This document shows, piece by piece, positions 61,006-64,000 of a stretch of DNA of 64,000 nucleotides. This DNA comes from an uncultured Acidobacteriota bacterium. GTDB taxonomy: Bacteria; Acidobacteriota; Thermoanaerobaculia; Multivoradales; SZUA-115. Made by a program: the position numbers and the translations under genes. The stretch covers positions 758,106 through 822,105 of the forward strand of contig CAWDVR010000001.1 in assembly GCA_963805975.1 (NCBI GenBank). The letters are read 5' to 3'. Below the pieces are notes generated by a model that saw nothing but the letters and a program-made list of their open reading frames with translations, searched no databases and was not told the DNA's origin. Position 1 is the first letter of the stretch, and each line of letters opens with the position of its first letter.

Positions 61006-62274
61006 ATGAAGCGAATCGCCATCCTTGCCTTCGCCTTGGCGTTGGCTGTCGTGGGTGCGTTCGTCGCCAGCGGAGGTCCGGTCTCTCCGGACGCCTCCAT
61101 GGCGGCCAAGGCCATGCCAGCCTCGCAGCTCTTCGATCCGCTGGGCCAGGAGGCCGACGTGATCTACCTGCTGGCCAACTCCTCGGTGGTCTTCGGGCCC
61201 GACCCGCACGGCCGCAGCGAGGAGATCACTTTCATCGGCCCGGTGACCGTCCCCAAGTGGCCCATGAAGGGCTACGGCCGCCGCGTCCTTCCGGACGGCA
61301 GCCAGCAGATCGACATCGAGCTGACCCAGTCCGACCTCACGGGTGAGAGCTATCTGATGGGCGGTCCGGTCATCCTCGGCGAGCACCCCGACCTGCGCTC
61401 GCTGGGAACCATCACCGAGCGTCCCGCGTCGAGCATGCGTCACGCCAGCAACAAGGCCGCGGCCACCAACGACGGCACGGCCGCCAGCGCCGAGACCGCC
61501 GAAGAGGCCGAGGAAGTTCCGGCCGACTTCGTGGTCAAGCGGAAGGTTCTCCTGACCACCGCCAAGGGCATCCTCTACAACGAGACGGCGGTCCCGGTTC
61601 GTGGCCGCGTCGACGCCATTCCCCCGGTCAAGTTCCAGAGCACCCCGACCGGCGTCAACGTGTTCCGCGGCATGGAGCTGCCCGTTGCGCTGCTCGACAA
61701 GACCGGCAACGTGAACGGCTGGTTCTACAGCAAGGCGCACATGGCCTATGCCGTGAAGCCCGCCGCCATCGAGCGTTCCTTCCTCAAGGGCACGGTCGCG
61801 CTGCGCCAGGGCGACCGCACCGAGAACGTCGCGGTCAGCGGTCCGGTGGAGATCCACCACCTCGCGACCGGCACGTCGAAGAACGACGTCGAGTTCATGA
61901 TCCTCGCGCTGCGTGGCCGCTCCGAGCTGCTGGGCGGCGACATCATGGTTTCCGAAACCTTCAGCGATCGCGATCACTTCTCCCGCGGCCAACTCGCGTG
62001 GCAGGGCGGGGGCGCCGGCCAGACCACGGCCGACCTCTTCCTCGACCTCTACACGCCGGCCACCAAGCTCACCACCCGCGAGCCGATCCAGCTCAAGGGC
62101 AACGTGAGCGCGTTCCACGAGGTGGGCAACCTGGACAAGGGCAAGCTCAGCCTGCCGATGTATCTCTCGAACGGGCAGTACTCGAGCTCCGGCGCACGGA
62201 CCCTCTATGACGAGTCCGAGAAGCCGGCGGTCGACGTGGTGAGCATCAACTTCAACCTCACCGAGCGGATGTAG
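61006..62274 (+). CDS. secreted hypothetical protein (422 aa)
   Basis: GGAGG then ATG; signal peptide MKRIAILAFALALAVVGAFVA. Lower GC3 codon usage than its neighbours. No recognised domain. Confidence 0.5.
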   Translation: MKRIAILAFALALAVVGAFVASGGPVSPDASMAAKAMPASQLFDPLGQEADVIYLLANSSVVFGPDPHGRSEEITFIGPVTVPKWPMKGYGRRVLPDGSQQIDIELTQSDLTGESYLMGGPVILGEHPDLRSLGTITERPASSMRHASNKAAATNDGTAASAETAEEAEEVPADFVVKRKVLLTTAKGILYNETAVPVRGRVDAIPPVKFQSTPTGVNVFRGMELPVALLDKTGNVNGWFYSKAHMAYAVKPAAIERSFLKGTVALRQGDRTENVAVSGPVEIHHLATGTSKNDVEFMILALRGRSELLGGDIMVSETFSDRDHFSRGQLAWQGGGAGQTTADLFLDLYTPATKLTTREPIQLKGNVSAFHEVGNLDKGKLSLPMYLSNGQYSSSGARTLYDESEKPAVDVVSINFNLTERM

Positions 62275-62309
62275 CTCGAGCCACCTCGCCCTGGGAGGGG
62301 CCGCGAGCC

Positions 62310-64000
62310 ATGCCGAGGTCCGGCCTCGCTCCAGATCGATCCAAGACCGAAGGCGGGTCCGGCCGCCTTCGTTTTGTTTTTTGGCGGCTGGCGCTCTGCA
62401 CGGCGGTGGTGCTGGTCGCGGCTCCGGCCTGGCCCCAGCTCGGCTCCCGGAACGGACCGGCCTCGATCGAGACGCTCGCCGGCGGCGGCCCGGTGGGGGA
62501 CGGGGGACCGGCGCTCGCGGCCCGGCTCAACCTGCCGGGCGGCGTGCTCGAGGCGCCGAACGGCGACCTCGTGATCATCGACTTCGGCAACCACCGCATC
62601 CGGCGCGTGGACCGGCAGACTGGGTTGATCGACACCATCGTCGGCACCGGCGAGGCCGGCTACAACGGCGACGGCATCCCGGCGCGGCAGGCGCAGCTCT
62701 CGCGGCCCGAGTACGCCACCTACGGCCCGGAGGGCGACCTCTACATCGCGGATTCCTACAACAACCGGGTGCGCAAGGTGGATCACGCCACGGGCCTGAT
62801 CTCCACCGTGGCCGGCAGCGGGGAGCGTGGCGCGGCAGGCGACGGCGGGCCGGCCACCCGGGCGGAGATGCACTTTCCCGAGGGACTGACCCTCGACCGC
62901 GAGGGCAACCTCTTCATCGGCGACACGGTGAACCGGCGTATCCGCCGGGTGGACGCCAAGACCGGCATCATCACCACCTACGCCGGTTCAGGCGAGGTCG
63001 GCGTCAACCGCGAAGGAACGCCGGCGGCGGAGGCCAAGTTCCTGCGTCTCGCCCGGATCGCCATCGACGGCGCCGGCAACCTCTACGTGGCCGACAGCCC
63101 CACGCAGCGCATCCTGGTGATCGACGCCGCGACCCGGCAGGTGCGCACCTACGCCGGCACCGGCAAGCCCGGCTTCTCCGGCGACGGCGGGCCCGCGACC
63201 GCGGCCCAGATGCGCTATCCCGAGGGCCTCTTCGTGGCCGGGAACGGCGATCTCTACTTCGCCGACGTGGCCAACCACCGGGTGCGGCGGGTGGAGGCCA
63301 GGACCGGCCTCATCGACACCGTGGCCGGCAACGGCGAGAAGGGCTTCGCCGGCGACGGCGGCCCGGCCCGCGAGGCGCGGCTGTGGAGCCCCGGCCGCAC
63401 CTGGCTCGACGCGCAGGGCAACCTCCTGATCTCCGACATCCTCAACTCGCGGATCCGGCGCGTGGACGCCAGGACCGGCGTGATCTCGACCGTGGCCGGC
63501 AGCGGCAGCTTCGGCGACGGCGGCCCGGCCAATCAGGCGGTGCTCTCGGTGCCGGGCGACGTGGTCTATGCGCACGGCAAGGTCTACGTCGCGGACTACG
63601 GCACGCGGCGGGTGCGGGCCGTGGACCTGGCGAGCGGCGTGATCTCGACCGTGGCCGGCGGCGGCACCGGCTCGGAGGGCGGCATCCCGGCCACCGAGAT
63701 CGAGCTGCTGCTGCCCGAGGGCATCGCCGTCGACGGCGGCCGGGCGCTCTACATCGCCGACAACCCGGCGAGCCGGGTGTGGAAGGTGGACCTCGCGACC
63801 GGCATGCTCTCCGTCTTCGCCGGCAGCGGGCAACCGGGCTACTCGGGCGACGGCGGCCCGGCGACGGCGGCCCAGCTCTACCTGCCGGGCGCGGTCGCCG
63901 TCGGAACGGACGGTACGATCTATATCTCCGACTTCGGCAACCAGGCGGTGCGCGTGGTGGATCCCCGGAGCGGCGTGATCCAGACGCTCTCCGCCGCGCA
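62310..64000 (+). CDS. secreted NHL-repeat beta-propeller protein (5' part only; runs off the window)
   Basis: GGGAGGGG 9 nt upstream of the ATG. Repeated NHL units (YIADSYNNRVRKVD, FIGDTVNRRIRRVD, YVADSPTQRILVID, ...). No stop before 64000. Start uncertain (ATG 62310 versus GTG 62406). Confidence 0.65.
   Translation, partial: MPRSGLAPDRSKTEGGSGRLRFVFWRLALCTAVVLVAAPAWPQLGSRNGPASIETLAGGGPVGDGGPALAARLNLPGGVLEAPNGDLVIIDFGNHRIRRVDRQTGLIDTIVGTGEAGYNGDGIPARQAQLSRPEYATYGPEGDLYIADSYNNRVRKVDHATGLISTVAGSGERGAAGDGGPATRAEMHFPEGLTLDREGNLFIGDTVNRRIRRVDAKTGIITTYAGSGEVGVNREGTPAAEAKFLRLARIAIDGAGNLYVADSPTQRILVIDAATRQVRTYAGTGKPGFSGDGGPATAAQMRYPEGLFVAGNGDLYFADVANHRVRRVEARTGLIDTVAGNGEKGFAGDGGPAREARLWSPGRTWLDAQGNLLISDILNSRIRRVDARTGVISTVAGSGSFGDGGPANQAVLSVPGDVVYAHGKVYVADYGTRRVRAVDLASGVISTVAGGGTGSEGGIPATEIELLLPEGIAVDGGRALYIADNPASRVWKVDLATGMLSVFAGSGQPGYSGDGGPATAAQLYLPGAVAVGTDGTIYISDFGNQAVRVVDPRSGVIQTLSAA
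62345..62382 (+). terminator. intrinsic-terminator-like hairpin plus T-tract (terminator for the upstream gene, or a leader attenuator)
   Basis: GAAGGCGGGTCCGGCCGCCTTC followed by GTTTTGTTTTTT. It lies inside the predicted N-terminal coding region of the NHL gene. Confidence 0.45.

Overview
This is a roughly 70% GC bacterial chromosomal window with dense, mostly operonic coding on both strands; the style suggests a soil Acidobacteria- or Gemmatimonadetes-like organism, but I cannot assign taxonomy from the sequence alone. I can support about 55 features. Housekeeping and metabolic genes include hutU, murJ, trxB, sdaA, trmL, a split hyuA/hyuB locus, and an NfeD-flotillin pair. There are many exported or envelope proteins. 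Regulatory genes include a 1424-aa NtrY-like sensor kinase, an OmpR-family two-component pair, two ECF sigma modules (one with an anti-sigma factor and an ABC transporter, one paired with a TPR Ser/Thr kinase), and a TetR regulator. A VapBC module is present. I found no rRNA, tRNA, CRISPR array or transposase. The most unusual observations are: (1) a conserved extreme C-terminal tail, IF[AES]D[GDS]FE[ST]GD[TL]S[AL]W, on four secreted proteins of two unrelated folds, which is a candidate undescribed sorting or recognition tag; (2) a 1198-aa secreted protein fusing a type-3 copper (tyrosinase-like) domain to a von Willebrand A domain; (3) a trxB - ChlI-like AAA+ ATPase - VWA operon with translational coupling; (4) an MscS-type channel - zincin protease - glutaminyl cyclase overlapping operon; (5) a small Cys-rich secreted peptide flanked by a bidirectional terminator; (6) two copies of a compound GC-rich palindromic repeat element. 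Coordinates from the ORF table are exact; those I located by hand may be off by 1-2 nt.
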